Assembly (NCBI GenBank): GCA_047285535.1
Contig: JBJBDC010000001.1
Span: forward strand, 32,136 to 96,135
DNA: 64,000 nucleotides
Reading direction: 5' to 3'
From: Synechococcus sp.
GTDB lineage: Bacteria > Cyanobacteriota > Cyanobacteriia > PCC-6307 > Cyanobiaceae
Under the pieces are notes generated by a model. That model worked only from the letters and a program-made list of their open reading frames with translations, did not search any database and was not told where the DNA came from. Positions 1-10,704 of this stretch are shown here, piece by piece; the stretch's first letter is position 1; each line of letters begins with the position of its first letter. The position numbers and the translations under genes were made by a program.

Positions 1-723
1 GTGGGTCAGCGCGCGAAGCAGAGGATGATGAAAGCTAATCTTCGTCTTGTCGTGAGTGTGGCGAAGAAGTATCAAGGCAAAGGCCTTGAATTATTGGATT
101 TGATTCAAGAGGGGTCTCTTGGCCTTGAACGTGCGGTTGAAAAATTCGACCCTACTCGTGGTTACAAATTTTCCACTTATGCCTTTTGGTGGATTCGCCA
201 AAGCATGACCCGAGCGATTGCTTGTCAGTCGCGCACGATTCGCCTTCCGGTGCATTTAAGCGAGCGTCTCACCACGATTCGTAAAGTCAGCCTTGACCTT
301 GCCCACAAGCTTGGAGCGATGCCAAGCCGTGTAGAGATCGCCGAGGCGCTGGACATGCCCGTGGAAGAACTTGACTCCTTGCTTCGACAGGCTCTCACCA
401 CAAGCAGTCTCGATGCACCCGTGAATGGAGAGGATGGACGTAGTTTTCTTGGGGACCTGATTGCCGATTCTTCGGTAGAGGAGCCTCTTGACAGGGTTGA
501 ACAGCGCATTCATCACGAGCAGCTGGGTCGCTGGTTGAGCCATCTCAGTGAGCAAGAGCAACATGTACTCACTCTGCGGTTTGGATTAAATGGAAATGAA
601 CGTCACACCTTGGCTCAAATTGGTCGTTTGTTGGATGTTTCACGTGAACGAGTGAGGCAGGTGGAATTGAAGTCTCTAAGGAAACTGCGCAATCTCACTC
701 GTCGGATGTCTCCCACGTTTTGA
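1..723 (+). CDS. RNA polymerase sigma-70 family factor (group 2 type), 5' end outside window
   Basis: Region 2 motifs [19 protein letters not shown] and [12 protein letters not shown]; region 4 [12 protein letters not shown]. Confidence 0.93.
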   Translation: MGQRAKQRMMKANLRLVVSVAKKYQGKGLELLDLIQEGSLGLERAVEKFDPTRGYKFSTYAFWWIRQSMTRAIACQSRTIRLPVHLSERLTTIRKVSLDLAHKLGAMPSRVEIAEALDMPVEELDSLLRQALTTSSLDAPVNGEDGRSFLGDLIADSSVEEPLDRVEQRIHHEQLGRWLSHLSEQEQHVLTLRFGLNGNERHTLAQIGRLLDVSRERVRQVELKSLRKLRNLTRRMSPTF

Positions 724-1697
724 TTGGCCTTGTTCAGATTGATTCATCGATGAGACTGGAGATCCATTTGATCGAGCCGAAGCCTCATCTTTTCAACTGA
801 CAGGACGATGGACCCTCCTGGCTCTCTAGTGATCAACTCTCGATCCAAGAGGGGTGGTTTTTTATTGAAGCAATGGTTCTCTTTGCTTATTGGTCTGAAA
901 ATGAATCCGTAGTGATTAACACATCGTTCATTGTGATGATCGACTGATCACTTAAAAGCAGTATTAGTGCCGCTGAAGAAGAATTCATAAGGTTGAACAT
1001 TGGATTGGTGATCTGGATGGGGTTTGAATCTGCAACCATCCCAATTCAGATTCGCAAATCATGACATGGATTGGCGAAAGGTCAGAACCTCAGATGATGG
1101 TCTGTAATCTCAATTGCAATCAGATTTCTTTAAGGATTGAGATCATCATTTGGTCGATGTCTATCGTCAATTCTGGAGATCTCTAACCATAAAAGTCAGC
1201 TTGAATTGTGTGAATCATGGCTATGGCATCCAGGTCGCTCTCTTCGACTTGGTTGAAGGCGGTGGATTGGACTCTTGATGGTTGTTGATGTTGGTTAGAC
1301 GGAGGTCAGTTTCGCGGCGCAGCGGCCTACCCACACCATCTACAGATCGCAGGATGGGTGTGCATGGGCTGGGGATGAGGGCGCCTCAACTCGCAAAAAC
1401 CGCGCCGCACTGATCGAGGGCAAGCTTCTTGAAATCAAGGGGGTGAAGGTTTGATTCAGATGGTGAGGAGAGTGACTGAGGGGCAAGGTGGGTATGCCTT
1501 CTCGTTTCAGGACACGTTTTGGGTGCTGAATTTTCTACGGCAATGGATTGAGAGGAGATCGTGACTGTGGTTGATTGGGCAGCAAAGATGCATGATGCGT
1601 CTCGACCTAGCCACGATTCCAAGCAGTTGCCATGCACTTGGGAGCAGTGATCTGCTGTTTTGATGCCAATACGAAGTTCGTCGAGGAAACAGGCCTT

Positions 1698-1726
1698 AAA
1701 AAGGTGGCAACCATAAAGTCGCCACC
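1698..1726 (-). terminator. Intrinsic terminator, minus strand
   Basis: GGTGGCGAC-TTTATG-GTTGCCACC (9-bp stem, one G:U) followed by TTTTT. Confidence 0.7.
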
Positions 1727-1768
1727 GCTCTCATGACGTGGGGACCCCACCAAAGAGCCGATCCCACT
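1698..1768 (-). ncRNA. Candidate ~70-nt two-hairpin small RNA
   Basis: TAAAAC -10-like hexamer at 1780-1775, a GTGGGATC/GGTCCCCAC hairpin and a strong terminator, with no ORF upstream. Confidence 0.35.
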
Positions 1769-2279
1769 CCACATGTTTTACACGAATCTGCGAATACAGA
1801 GTTAGATGTTAAGACAATTTTTGTGGCTTAGATACTCTTCTTTAACAGTCTTCTTTAACAGGATATTTTTAAGAGGACGTTGATCCATTGGTTCGAGATG
1901 AAAGGCTTCTTCAATATCAAAGACTTAGCCTAACTGGCTTCTTTCGTTCTGAATGAGCCAAGAAGCGTTGAAGTCTTTTGATGGATTGCTCTAATTCATT
2001 CAGGATAGGTTTTTGCTTAGGTCAGGCTGTCTCAAGAGCAGTGACGATTGCAGAATGAGTGCTGTTTCAGCTGCTGCCAATGAGCTTGTGCATGCAAGAG
2101 AGTCAAACCACGTTCTTGAGGCCTATGGTTCTGGATGTTGCCATGCATCCTTCGAAAAGACATATTGATTAGTCCCATCAAAGGCAGGATTTGAAGCTGG
2201 ATATTAGTTTCATGGCTTTGTATTTTCAGGAGGGCCTGCTGTCTTGGTTGCTTGGGATGCTTGGCAGTCCTGGAAGGCT

Positions 2280-3005
2280 TCAGAAAGCGAGTTGGAAAGC
2301 CACAACCAGTCCCATCAAGCTCTGAATTGCATATTCAGTGAAGCTGATGATTCCCAGAGGTGTTTTGCTGTTGCCTCCGACGCAGGCGCAGTTCAAGGCG
2401 AGTTTGTCGATGTAAACCGCTTTGATGACGGAAATCATTCCCTGGATACCGACGATCAGGGCAATCCATCCGGCAACAGGCAGTGGTGGCTTCAATAGAA
2501 AGCCGAGGCCAATCAGGAGTTCCACTCCCGGGTAGAGCTTGCCCCAGACCCGCCAGCGTTGTGTGGCCAGGTCATATTTAACGAAGCTCGCTGCGAACGA
2601 GTCGACATCCATCAGCTTGAGCATCGCGAGGGCGCAGATGGAAAATCCCATGAAGCGTTGGATCACGCTGTCTCCAAGAACCAATGCCATCAGAAGTGCA
2701 GTTCCGAATACCGCGACCACTGGCGTGTAGGAATACTCGGCACTCTCGGCTTCTTCCCCAAGTAGGGCGGCCAGATCGCTATAACCCCCGATTCGTGTTT
2801 CTGCGTTGAATATCTGTGGTGTGGAGGCAACGCCATAGCGCTCCTTGAAGGCGTTGACTTCCTCTTGGCTGGTCAGCCGATGGTCTTCAAAATCGATGCC
2901 TCGCGTCTGCAGCAGCTCAATGGCTTTCAGGCCCCAGGGGCATTCATGCTCCGGCATTGACATCCGATGGACATGTACGTTGCGCAGCTCTGCGGATGCC
3001 GTCAT
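2280..3005 (-). CDS. Glutaredoxin-domain / MauE-DoxX family membrane protein
   Basis: N-terminal CPWG, TPQIF and IGGYSDL glutaredoxin motifs; C-terminal TM helices with LNCACVGG. Confidence 0.85.
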   Translation of the reverse strand: MTASAELRNVHVHRMSMPEHECPWGLKAIELLQTRGIDFEDHRLTSQEEVNAFKERYGVASTPQIFNAETRIGGYSDLAALLGEEAESAEYSYTPVVAVFGTALLMALVLGDSVIQRFMGFSICALAMLKLMDVDSFAASFVKYDLATQRWRVWGKLYPGVELLIGLGFLLKPPLPVAGWIALIVGIQGMISVIKAVYIDKLALNCACVGGNSKTPLGIISFTEYAIQSLMGLVVAFQLAF

Positions 3006-3215
3006 GTCCTATCAGGTAGTTGTTTGAACCGTAGCAATGGCAACTTTGCACAATGCAAGTCCTGGCTTGGACCGTTATTGGCGGAGGTTAAGACTTACTC
3101 AAACCTTGGTTTAAACGGCATGTGCTCTGGGTTGAGTCTGCGGCCGTTCAAACGAAATTGCGTTATCTTTGTACGGTTTTAGTGGATAGATCTGGGGAGA
3201 ATCGAACGCTTTAAT

Positions 3216-4322
3216 TCAGTCTTCAGACCAGATATAGCGAGTCAGTTCGGAGCTATCTGGCTCTGGGGCATTGAGCGCAAACTCCACACAGTCTTGAACT
3301 TCAAGATCGATCTCTTTCTCAATGGCTCTTAGTTCATCAGCGCTGACCAGACCATCAGAGACGAGATCGCGCTCAAAGGCTTTGAGTGGATCTCGTTGAG
3401 CCCAGAACTGCTTTTCTTCCTCTGCTCGAAGCTCGTCAGGGTCGGCAAGCGAGTGCCCTCGAAAGCGGTAGGTCAGACATTCAAGAACTGTTGGACCTTC
3501 GCCAGCTCTTGCGCGTTCGATGGCCCTCTCCGCAGCGGCCCGAACAGCAAGCACATCCATACCATCAACTTCTTCACCAGCCATTCCAAAGGCGCCAGCT
3601 TTCCGCCAGATCTCCGGGTCACTCGTGGCACGGTCATGGGCCATTCCGATGGCCCACTTGTTGTTCTCCACAACAAACAGGATGGGTAGCTTCCAAAGTT
3701 GAGCCATGTTGAGGCATTCGAAGAATTGACCGTTATTGCAGGTTCCATCTCCGAAAAAGGCTGCAGTAACCGAATCACTGCTGGAATCACCAAGAGCATC
3801 ACGTCGATAGCGACTGGTGAAGGCTGCTCCTAGGGCAACAGGAATTCCTTCGCCAATGAAAGCAAACCCCCCTAGCAAGTGATGCGCCCTGGAAAATAGG
3901 TGCATTGAGCCGCCACGCCCTTTGCTGCAGCCTGTTTCTTTGCCAAAGAGCTCGCTCATCACTTCGCGGGCGGGAACTCCTGCGCTCAGAGCATGCACAT
4001 GGTCACGATACGTGCTGCAGAACCAATCATGTTGACGCTTCATCGCGCCAATGACGCCAGTACTGACCGCCTCTTGGCCGTTATAGAGGTGAACGAAGCC
4101 AAACATTTTGCCGCGGTAGTACATTTCCGCGCATTTGTCTTCAAAACGACGCCCCAAAGTCATGTCGCGATAGAGGGCTAGCCCTGTCTCACGGTCCACA
4201 CGGGCCCTCTTGGCTGTGACGAGAGATGAAAGGCGTTCAGCGTGAGCTCCTGCGGAGGAGACCCCAGTCTCAACGCTGTGATCGATGCCCACGTCGGTGC
4301 CTACTGCGATGTCCTGACTCAT
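3216..4322 (-). CDS. pdhA: Pyruvate dehydrogenase E1 alpha subunit
   Basis: [21 protein letters not shown] motif GDG..NN and [11 protein letters not shown]; start placed at MSQDIAV. Confidence 0.97.
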   Translation of the reverse strand: MSQDIAVGTDVGIDHSVETGVSSAGAHAERLSSLVTAKRARVDRETGLALYRDMTLGRRFEDKCAEMYYRGKMFGFVHLYNGQEAVSTGVIGAMKRQHDWFCSTYRDHVHALSAGVPAREVMSELFGKETGCSKGRGGSMHLFSRAHHLLGGFAFIGEGIPVALGAAFTSRYRRDALGDSSSDSVTAAFFGDGTCNNGQFFECLNMAQLWKLPILFVVENNKWAIGMAHDRATSDPEIWRKAGAFGMAGEEVDGMDVLAVRAAAERAIERARAGEGPTVLECLTYRFRGHSLADPDELRAEEEKQFWAQRDPLKAFERDLVSDGLVSADELRAIEKEIDLEVQDCVEFALNAPEPDSSELTRYIWSED

Positions 4323-4401
4323 GGCATCACCCATTTGACAACGAACTTTAAGGGGCCGTGTTGAGGCATTGGGCAAAACCCCTTTCGCTGCCTAAAGTCT
4401 C

Positions 4402-6597
4402 ATGCTAATGAGCGCAACGCTGGTGGAACTGCCCATCGATCATTTTCGCCTGCTGGGCGTCAGTCCTTCAGCTGAAACCGAGTCGGTGTTGAGGACTCTG
4501 CAATTGCGTCTCGATCGCTGTCCTGATCAGGGATTTACTCATGAGGCCCTCATGCAGAGGGCTGAGCTATTGAGTCTTTCGGCAGATCTTTTGAGTGATT
4601 CTGTGCGCCGGCAGGACTACGAGACCACCTTGCTCAAATTAGGTCGTGATCATCCTGAAGAGACAGCTGGACTTGAAATGTCTTCAAGTCGGGAGGTCGC
4701 CGGTTTGATGCTGCTGTGGGAAGCTCACGCCCCTCATGAGACCTTCCAACTGACGCGTCAGGCTTTGCAACCTCCCCAAGCGCCCGCATTGGGGAGTAGT
4801 CGAGAGTCGGATCTTGCTCTTTTGGCAGCACTGTCCTGTCTTGATGCCGCTCGTCAAGACCAGGACCAGCGTCGTTATGAATCTGCTGCTGGTCTGCTGA
4901 CTGAGGGGCTGCAGTTACTCCAGCGCATGGGCAAGCTTCCTGATCAGCGTCAACGTCTTGAAAAGGAACTTGAACAGCTCACTCCGTACCGAATTCTTGA
5001 TCTACTCAGCCGTGACCTGGCCGAGCAATCAGCACGGCAGGACGGGCTGGTGATGCTGGAAACCTTTGTCCAAAATCGAGGTGGCCTTGAAGGGGGGGTG
5101 ACGGAATCCGATGCGGTTGGCATGGACCAGGGCAGCTTTGAGTTGTTTTTTCAGCAGATTCGTCAATTCCTTACTGTTCAAGAACAGGTGGATCTTTACG
5201 GACGTTTGGAGAGATTTGGCTCGTCGGATGCCAGCTTCCTTTCGATCATGGCTCTAGCAGCAGCTGGATTTTCCCAACGCAAGCCTGAGCGAATTCATGA
5301 CGCACGGCACAAAATGCAGTCCTTAGTTTTAGATGGGCTGGATCTCAATCCATTGCTGGGATGCATGGATTTGTTACTCGGTGATGTGGACCGGGCATTG
5401 GAGCATGTACATGCCAGTCCGGATGATGATCTGCAGGAATGGCTGGCTAACTACCCGAGCGACGATTTAGCAGCTCTCTTTGACTACTGCCGCAGTTGGT
5501 TAGGAAGAGATGTTTTACCTGGCTATCGCGATGTTGATGCTCAGGTTGTCGACTTAGACGCTTGGTTTGCGGATCGTGATGTTCAGGCTTTCGTGGAGCG
5601 ACTGGAGCGCAAAGAGGGCCGCAGTCTTCTGAATCTCGATGGACCTGTGACAACTGCCTCCGGCTCGGATTGGACTTTTGGCAATCTTCCACCTCTTGGG
5701 CTTGATCCAGAGGGCACTTTGCCACTTTCCCTGGGAGACCCTCATCCTTTGAAGGAGAAAAGCTCGGATTCCGAGCAGGACGAGGCAACGCCTAGTGCTG
5801 TGCACCGCAGCGCCCCCTTGGATTTGCGGAATCTCAAGATCCCTCGATGGCTCATGGGCACGTTCTCCGGGCCTCGCCGCTCACTATCTCGACTATCGAT
5901 GTCGCGACTATCGATGTCGCGACTTTCGATGTCTCAGCTCTCCTCCTCGCGATTCTCGATGAGGAGCCCCTCATTGGCGCAGCACAGGATTTCTGTGTTG
6001 ATGGGCGTTGGGGTCATTGTTGTTCTAGTGGTAGGAGTTTTCAGCATTATTGGACTACGGCGGGAGTCTCGATTGGAGACGGCTACGATCAATCCGCCTG
6101 CAGAAAATCCTTCTGCAGATGCGTCGCCTTCTGCAGATGCCTTGCCTCCTCAGCCAAAGGCCACCCTCAAGGAGGAGCTCTCAAAAACCAGAGAGATTGT
6201 TGCCCCTTTGGCTGTTGCATCCCCCAGCGATGCTCAGCTGCAATCCCTTCTCCAGTCTTGGCTTGATGTCAAAGCGACAGCCTTGCGCCAGGAGGTTGGT
6301 ACCGAGTCTTTAGCTGATGTGGCGCGTCCCCCCCTGGTTCTTCAAGTGCGTGATCAGCAAGCCGCTTTATCGAGGGAAGGTCTGCAACAACAAGTAGAGG
6401 CCACCATTACGTCAATTCAGAGGGTGAGCACTACGCCGTCTCGTATAGAGGTCAGGGCGCAAATTTCCTATCGCGATCAGACCCTGAATAATCAGGGTGA
6501 GGTGGTTGATGAGACCCCCCCTGGCAACCTTCCCGTGACTTACATCCTTGGCCGAGATGCTGATGGTTGGCGACTACAGGCTTACATCCCAGGATGA
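4402..6597 (+). CDS. ftn2: Cell division protein Ftn2/ARC6 (J-like N-terminus, C-terminal IMS domain)
   Basis: ELPIDHFRLLGV start, one TM segment and a C-terminal VTYILGR..GWRL motif; lies between pdhA and ffh. Confidence 0.9.
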   Translation: MLMSATLVELPIDHFRLLGVSPSAETESVLRTLQLRLDRCPDQGFTHEALMQRAELLSLSADLLSDSVRRQDYETTLLKLGRDHPEETAGLEMSSSREVAGLMLLWEAHAPHETFQLTRQALQPPQAPALGSSRESDLALLAALSCLDAARQDQDQRRYESAAGLLTEGLQLLQRMGKLPDQRQRLEKELEQLTPYRILDLLSRDLAEQSARQDGLVMLETFVQNRGGLEGGVTESDAVGMDQGSFELFFQQIRQFLTVQEQVDLYGRLERFGSSDASFLSIMALAAAGFSQRKPERIHDARHKMQSLVLDGLDLNPLLGCMDLLLGDVDRALEHVHASPDDDLQEWLANYPSDDLAALFDYCRSWLGRDVLPGYRDVDAQVVDLDAWFADRDVQAFVERLERKEGRSLLNLDGPVTTASGSDWTFGNLPPLGLDPEGTLPLSLGDPHPLKEKSSDSEQDEATPSAVHRSAPLDLRNLKIPRWLMGTFSGPRRSLSRLSMSRLSMSRLSMSQLSSSRFSMRSPSLAQHRISVLMGVGVIVVLVVGVFSIIGLRRESRLETATINPPAENPSADASPSADALPPQPKATLKEELSKTREIVAPLAVASPSDAQLQSLLQSWLDVKATALRQEVGTESLADVARPPLVLQVRDQQAALSREGLQQQVEATITSIQRVSTTPSRIEVRAQISYRDQTLNNQGEVVDETPPGNLPVTYILGRDADGWRLQAYIPG
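5890..5964 (+). repeat. In-frame 15-bp tandem repeat (RLSMS) in the ftn2 linker
   Basis: CGACTATCGATGTCG twice exactly, then CGACTTTCGATGTCT and two degenerate units. Confidence 0.9.
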
Positions 6598-6666
6598 ATA
6601 GGCAGTCAAGATCACATCAAGAGCATGACTTTTACAGTTGGGTGATGTGCTGCACGGATTCAATTC

Positions 6667-8154
6667 ATGTTTGATGAGCTTTCAGCCCGATTTGAAGATG
6701 CCGTTAAGGGGCTGAGAGGCCAGGACACAATCTCCGCAACCAACGTGGAGAGTGCTCTCAAGGAAGTCCGAAGGGCGTTGCTTGAAGCGGACGTGAGTTT
6801 GCCAGTGGTGAAAGATTTTGTCTCCGAGGTGCGCGAGAAAGCAGTTGGCGCCGAGGTTGTACGAGGTGTGACGCCTGATCAGAAATTCATTCAGGTCGTG
6901 CACGAGCAGCTTGTCGATGTGATGGGCGGCGGTAATGCTCCACTGGCTCAGGCAGATCAGGCTCCCACGGTGGTGCTGATGGCTGGTTTGCAAGGAGCGG
7001 GAAAAACGACAGCCACGGCCAAGTTGGGATTGCATTTAAAGGATCAGGGCCGTAAAGCTTTGTTGGTTGGGGCCGATGTGTATCGCCCTGCCGCCATTGA
7101 GCAGTTGAAAACGCTCGGCACTCAGATTGACGTTGATGTGTTCAGTCTTGGAGTTGAGGCCAAGCCAGAGGACATCGCAGCTGCGGGGTTGGCCAAAGCC
7201 AAGTCCGAGGGGTATGACACCCTGTTGGTCGATACCGCTGGTCGTCTTCAAATCGACTCCGACATGATGGAGGAGATGGTGCGGATCAGGACTGCCGTTC
7301 AGCCCGATGAGGTGCTGTTGGTGGTGGATTCGATGATTGGTCAGGAGGCTGCCGATCTCACCCGTGCATTCCACGATCAGGTTGGCATCACTGGAGCCGT
7401 ACTTACCAAGCTCGATGGTGATTCAAGAGGTGGAGCGGCGCTGTCGATTCGCAAGGTGAGTGGTCAGCCGATCAAATTCATCGGTACTGGCGAAAAAGTT
7501 GAGGCTCTCCAACCTTTCCATCCTGAGCGGATGGCCAGTCGCATTCTCGGTATGGGGGATGTGTTGACGCTGGTGGAGAAGGCGCAGAAAGAGGTTGAAC
7601 TTGCTGACGTCGAAAAAATGCAGAAGAAGCTGCAGGAGGCGTCCTTTGATTTTTCAGATTTCTTACAGCAAATGCGCCTGATCAAGCGCATGGGCTCCCT
7701 TGGTGGACTGATGAAAATGATCCCAGGGATGAACAAGATTGACGACGGCATGCTCAAACAAGGGGAGCAGCAGTTGAAAAAGATTGAAGCAATGATTGGA
7801 TCGATGACGTCAGCAGAACGCACTCAGCCTGAGTTGTTGGCTGCTCAGCCTTCCAGGCGCCGACGGATTGCTGCCGGATGTGGCTATGAGCCTGCTGATG
7901 TCGACAAAGTGCTTGCTGATTTTCAAAAGATGCGCGGTTTCATGCAGCAAATGACCCAGGGAGGAGGAATGCCTGGAATGCCTGGTATGGGAGGGGGTGG
8001 TTTCCCCGGAATGGGCGGAGGCATGCCCGGCATGCCCGGAATGGGCGGAGGAATGCCGGGGATGGGAGGTGGAGGAATGCCTGCGGGGCGTCCCGGAGCG
8101 GCTCCTCGCCGGCAGCGTCCCTTCAAGAAGAAGAAGGGCTTTGGCCAGCTTTGA
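6667..8154 (+). CDS. ffh: Signal recognition particle protein
   Basis: GLQGAGKTT, DTAGR and TKLDGD GTPase motifs; Met/Gly-rich M-domain tail. Confidence 0.98.
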   Translation: MFDELSARFEDAVKGLRGQDTISATNVESALKEVRRALLEADVSLPVVKDFVSEVREKAVGAEVVRGVTPDQKFIQVVHEQLVDVMGGGNAPLAQADQAPTVVLMAGLQGAGKTTATAKLGLHLKDQGRKALLVGADVYRPAAIEQLKTLGTQIDVDVFSLGVEAKPEDIAAAGLAKAKSEGYDTLLVDTAGRLQIDSDMMEEMVRIRTAVQPDEVLLVVDSMIGQEAADLTRAFHDQVGITGAVLTKLDGDSRGGAALSIRKVSGQPIKFIGTGEKVEALQPFHPERMASRILGMGDVLTLVEKAQKEVELADVEKMQKKLQEASFDFSDFLQQMRLIKRMGSLGGLMKMIPGMNKIDDGMLKQGEQQLKKIEAMIGSMTSAERTQPELLAAQPSRRRRIAAGCGYEPADVDKVLADFQKMRGFMQQMTQGGGMPGMPGMGGGGFPGMGGGMPGMPGMGGGMPGMGGGGMPAGRPGAAPRRQRPFKKKKGFGQL

Positions 8155-8232
8155 ATCCTCGGCAGGTTAAGTTGGTAGCTTCGTGCGCCGAATGACTGCG
8201 CCGAATTGTTCCACCTTTAAGCAAGCGCCACG

Positions 8233-8628
8233 ATGATCAAGCTCCGCCTGAAGCGGTTCGGCAAGAAGAGGGAAGCGAGTTTCCGTCTCGTGGCCTGCAA
8301 CAGCACATCACGCCGAGATGGCCGTCCCCTCCAGGAGCTGGGTTTTTATAACCCGCGCACCAAAGAGACACGGCTAGATGCAGAAGGCTTGCGTGTGCGC
8401 CTCAGTCAGGGGGCTCAGCCTACGGATGCTGTTCGCTTTCTCCTGGAGAAAGGTGGCTTGCTTGAAAAGACTGTGCGACCGGCTGAGACAGTCGGAAAGG
8501 CCAAGCAAGCCGCAGCTCGTGAAGCCGCGGCAAAAAAAGCTGCAAAAGATGCAGCCGACGCCAAAGCCGCTGAGGCTGCAGCAGCAAGCGAATCTCCTGA
8601 TTCAGGCTCTGAAACTACTGAAAACTGA
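8233..8628 (+). CDS. rpsP: 30S ribosomal protein S16 with Ala/Lys-rich extension
   Basis: [12 protein letters not shown]...[15 protein letters not shown]. Confidence 0.98.
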   Translation: MIKLRLKRFGKKREASFRLVACNSTSRRDGRPLQELGFYNPRTKETRLDAEGLRVRLSQGAQPTDAVRFLLEKGGLLEKTVRPAETVGKAKQAAAREAAAKKAAKDAADAKAAEAAAASESPDSGSETTEN

Positions 8629-8636
8629 TCGATTCC

Positions 8637-9614
8637 ATGACCGAAGCTGCCGCAACGGGTCGCTTCGTCCTTGATCTGCCCCATCCAGCTGCTGCGCTTG
8701 CTTTAGCAGGATCCGCAGAACAGACCTTGCATCAATTAGGGGTACTGACAGGTGCCTCTTTGGTTATGCGAGGTCTTCAACTTGAAATGTCTGGCCTTCC
8801 TGGACAGATCGAACGTGCTGCAGCTGTTGTTGAACTTGTGCGGCCGATTTGGCAGGGCGGCCAAGCGGTGTCACAAATGGATTTACAAACGGCACTTGGG
8901 GCTTTAACCGCAGGCCAACAGGCTGATCATGCTGCCATGGGGGATCAGGTGCTTGCCCGCAGCCAAAAGGGCAATCTCCTACGTCCGCGCACGTTGCGGC
9001 AAAAGAAATACGTGGATGCGATGGAGCGTCATGAACTGACTTTTGCGCTTGGGCCCGCGGGCACAGGGAAGACATTTCTCGCTGCCGTGTTGGCGGTCCG
9101 CATGCTCACGGAGCGCAAAGTTGAGCGCTTGATCCTCACCAGGCCAGCCGTAGAGGCCGGAGAGCGTCTTGGTTTTCTTCCGGGTGATTTGCAGCAAAAA
9201 ATAGATCCCTATCTCAGGCCTCTTTATGACTCTCTGCATGCCCTTCTTGGTCCTGATAAAACAACTTCGCTGCTCGAGAAAGGTGTGATTGAAGTCGCCC
9301 CATTGGCCTACATGCGTGGTCGCACTTTGTCAGGTGCCTTTGTGATTCTGGATGAGGCTCAAAACACGACGTCGGCACAAATGCGCATGGTTTTGACCCG
9401 TTTGGGGGAGCGTTCACGCATGGTTGTAACCGGTGATGTGACCCAGCAAGACCTACCTCATGGCCAGTTGAGCGGCCTGGTGGAGGCTGCGAGTGTGATG
9501 GAGGGAGTTGAGGGTATTGCTGTATGTCATCTCACCGCAGCTGATGTTGTGCGTCATCCTCTTGTGCAACGCGTCGTGGAAGCCTATGCCAGCTTTGATC
9601 AACAATCTGGATGA
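8637..9614 (+). CDS. phoH: PhoH family ATPase
   Basis: GPAGTGKT, RPAVEAGERLGFLPG, YMRGRT and LDEAQN motifs. Confidence 0.95.
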   Translation: MTEAAATGRFVLDLPHPAAALALAGSAEQTLHQLGVLTGASLVMRGLQLEMSGLPGQIERAAAVVELVRPIWQGGQAVSQMDLQTALGALTAGQQADHAAMGDQVLARSQKGNLLRPRTLRQKKYVDAMERHELTFALGPAGTGKTFLAAVLAVRMLTERKVERLILTRPAVEAGERLGFLPGDLQQKIDPYLRPLYDSLHALLGPDKTTSLLEKGVIEVAPLAYMRGRTLSGAFVILDEAQNTTSAQMRMVLTRLGERSRMVVTGDVTQQDLPHGQLSGLVEAASVMEGVEGIAVCHLTAADVVRHPLVQRVVEAYASFDQQSG

Positions 9615-9800
9615 CAACCAGGAGCTGGTAACAGGATGCTCAATGGTTGCGATCAGAGATCAGTCATGGAGCTCACGCTGGCTTTAGATCCGATTGCGTT
9701 GCTGCTTTGACATGTTGGTGCTCTGTCTCTATTCGATAGGGGGATCCACACTTCTGTTGCGGGCCATTCCCTTTTTTCGCTGGCAAAATATAGACAGTCT

Positions 9801-10553
9801 TTGATGAAAGGCATGCCAGCAAGCAGTAATTTTCAAGAGGCCATTCGCGAGGCGCAATCCAGCGCACTGGTTGGCCCCAATGTCGTCAATAAGGCATTGC
9901 CTTATGTCGGTGGTGGCATGGTGCTCACCGCAGGAGGTGTATTAGGAGGCATTGCCACCCTGGCTTCCATGGGCGGGCAGGCGTTCCAAACCCTCTCCAT
10001 GGTCGCAATCATCCCTTGGTTCATTCTTTTCTTTGTGGCTCAGAACGCTGCAAAAAAAGGCAATAACGCCACCGCTCTTCCCCTGCTAGCTACTTTCAGC
10101 TTGTTGACAGGTTTCACCCTGACGGGGTTAGTCCTTCAGGCCGTTGCTGTCGCAGGTGCTGCTTCTATCGGCATTGCTGCTCTTGCGACTGGCTTGACCT
10201 TTGCGATTGCCTCAGTTGTCGGTAGGCGGATGAGCGATAGTGTCGGTCAGGCTCTTTCTGGTGTGGTCGGGCTTGGTCTGATCGGCCTGATTATCGCCAT
10301 GGTGGTGCAGTTGATCGGTGGTTTCTTCGCGCCGGGGATCTTTGCTGTAGGCACTTTTGAATTAATGATTGCCGGATTCGGAACGGTGCTGTTTGTGGGC
10401 ATGGCTTTTGTTGACTTTTACACAATGCCTCGTACCTACCGTGATGATCAATATCTATCAGGTGCATTAGGGATGTACCTGACCTACATCAATTTGTTTA
10501 TTTTTATTCTGCGTTTGATTATTGCAATTCAAGGTGGCGGTCGGCGCGACTGA
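9801..10553 (+). CDS. Bax inhibitor-1/YccA family membrane protein
   Basis: About 7 hydrophobic helices; C-terminal ALGMYLTYINLFIFILRL; start may be at 9813. Confidence 0.9.
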   Translation: MMKGMPASSNFQEAIREAQSSALVGPNVVNKALPYVGGGMVLTAGGVLGGIATLASMGGQAFQTLSMVAIIPWFILFFVAQNAAKKGNNATALPLLATFSLLTGFTLTGLVLQAVAVAGAASIGIAALATGLTFAIASVVGRRMSDSVGQALSGVVGLGLIGLIIAMVVQLIGGFFAPGIFAVGTFELMIAGFGTVLFVGMAFVDFYTMPRTYRDDQYLSGALGMYLTYINLFIFILRLIIAIQGGGRRD

Positions 10554-10593
10554 TTGGCACTAGTTCTCATTATTCCTTTTAAATAAGTTGTTC

Positions 10594-10618
10594 AAGCCCG
10601 GCATGAGCCGGGTTTTTT
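10594..10618 (+). terminator. Intrinsic terminator after the ffh-rpsP-phoH-YccA run
   Basis: AAGCCCGGC-ATGA-GCCGGGTTTTTT. Confidence 0.85.
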
Positions 10619-10704
10619 ATGGGGAGTGTGTTTCGACCTGTAATCAACCAAGGCGGATTGATCTTCGTTTTGCTGTATTGAGTATTCAAGTTTGCAGACC
10701 GCTC

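Noticed and set aside
812..863. Terminator after the sigma factor gene
   Set aside because: A T-run is present but the stem is imperfect with a long loop; not supportable
7960..8085. GGMPGM repeats in ffh
   Set aside because: Normal low-complexity M-domain tail
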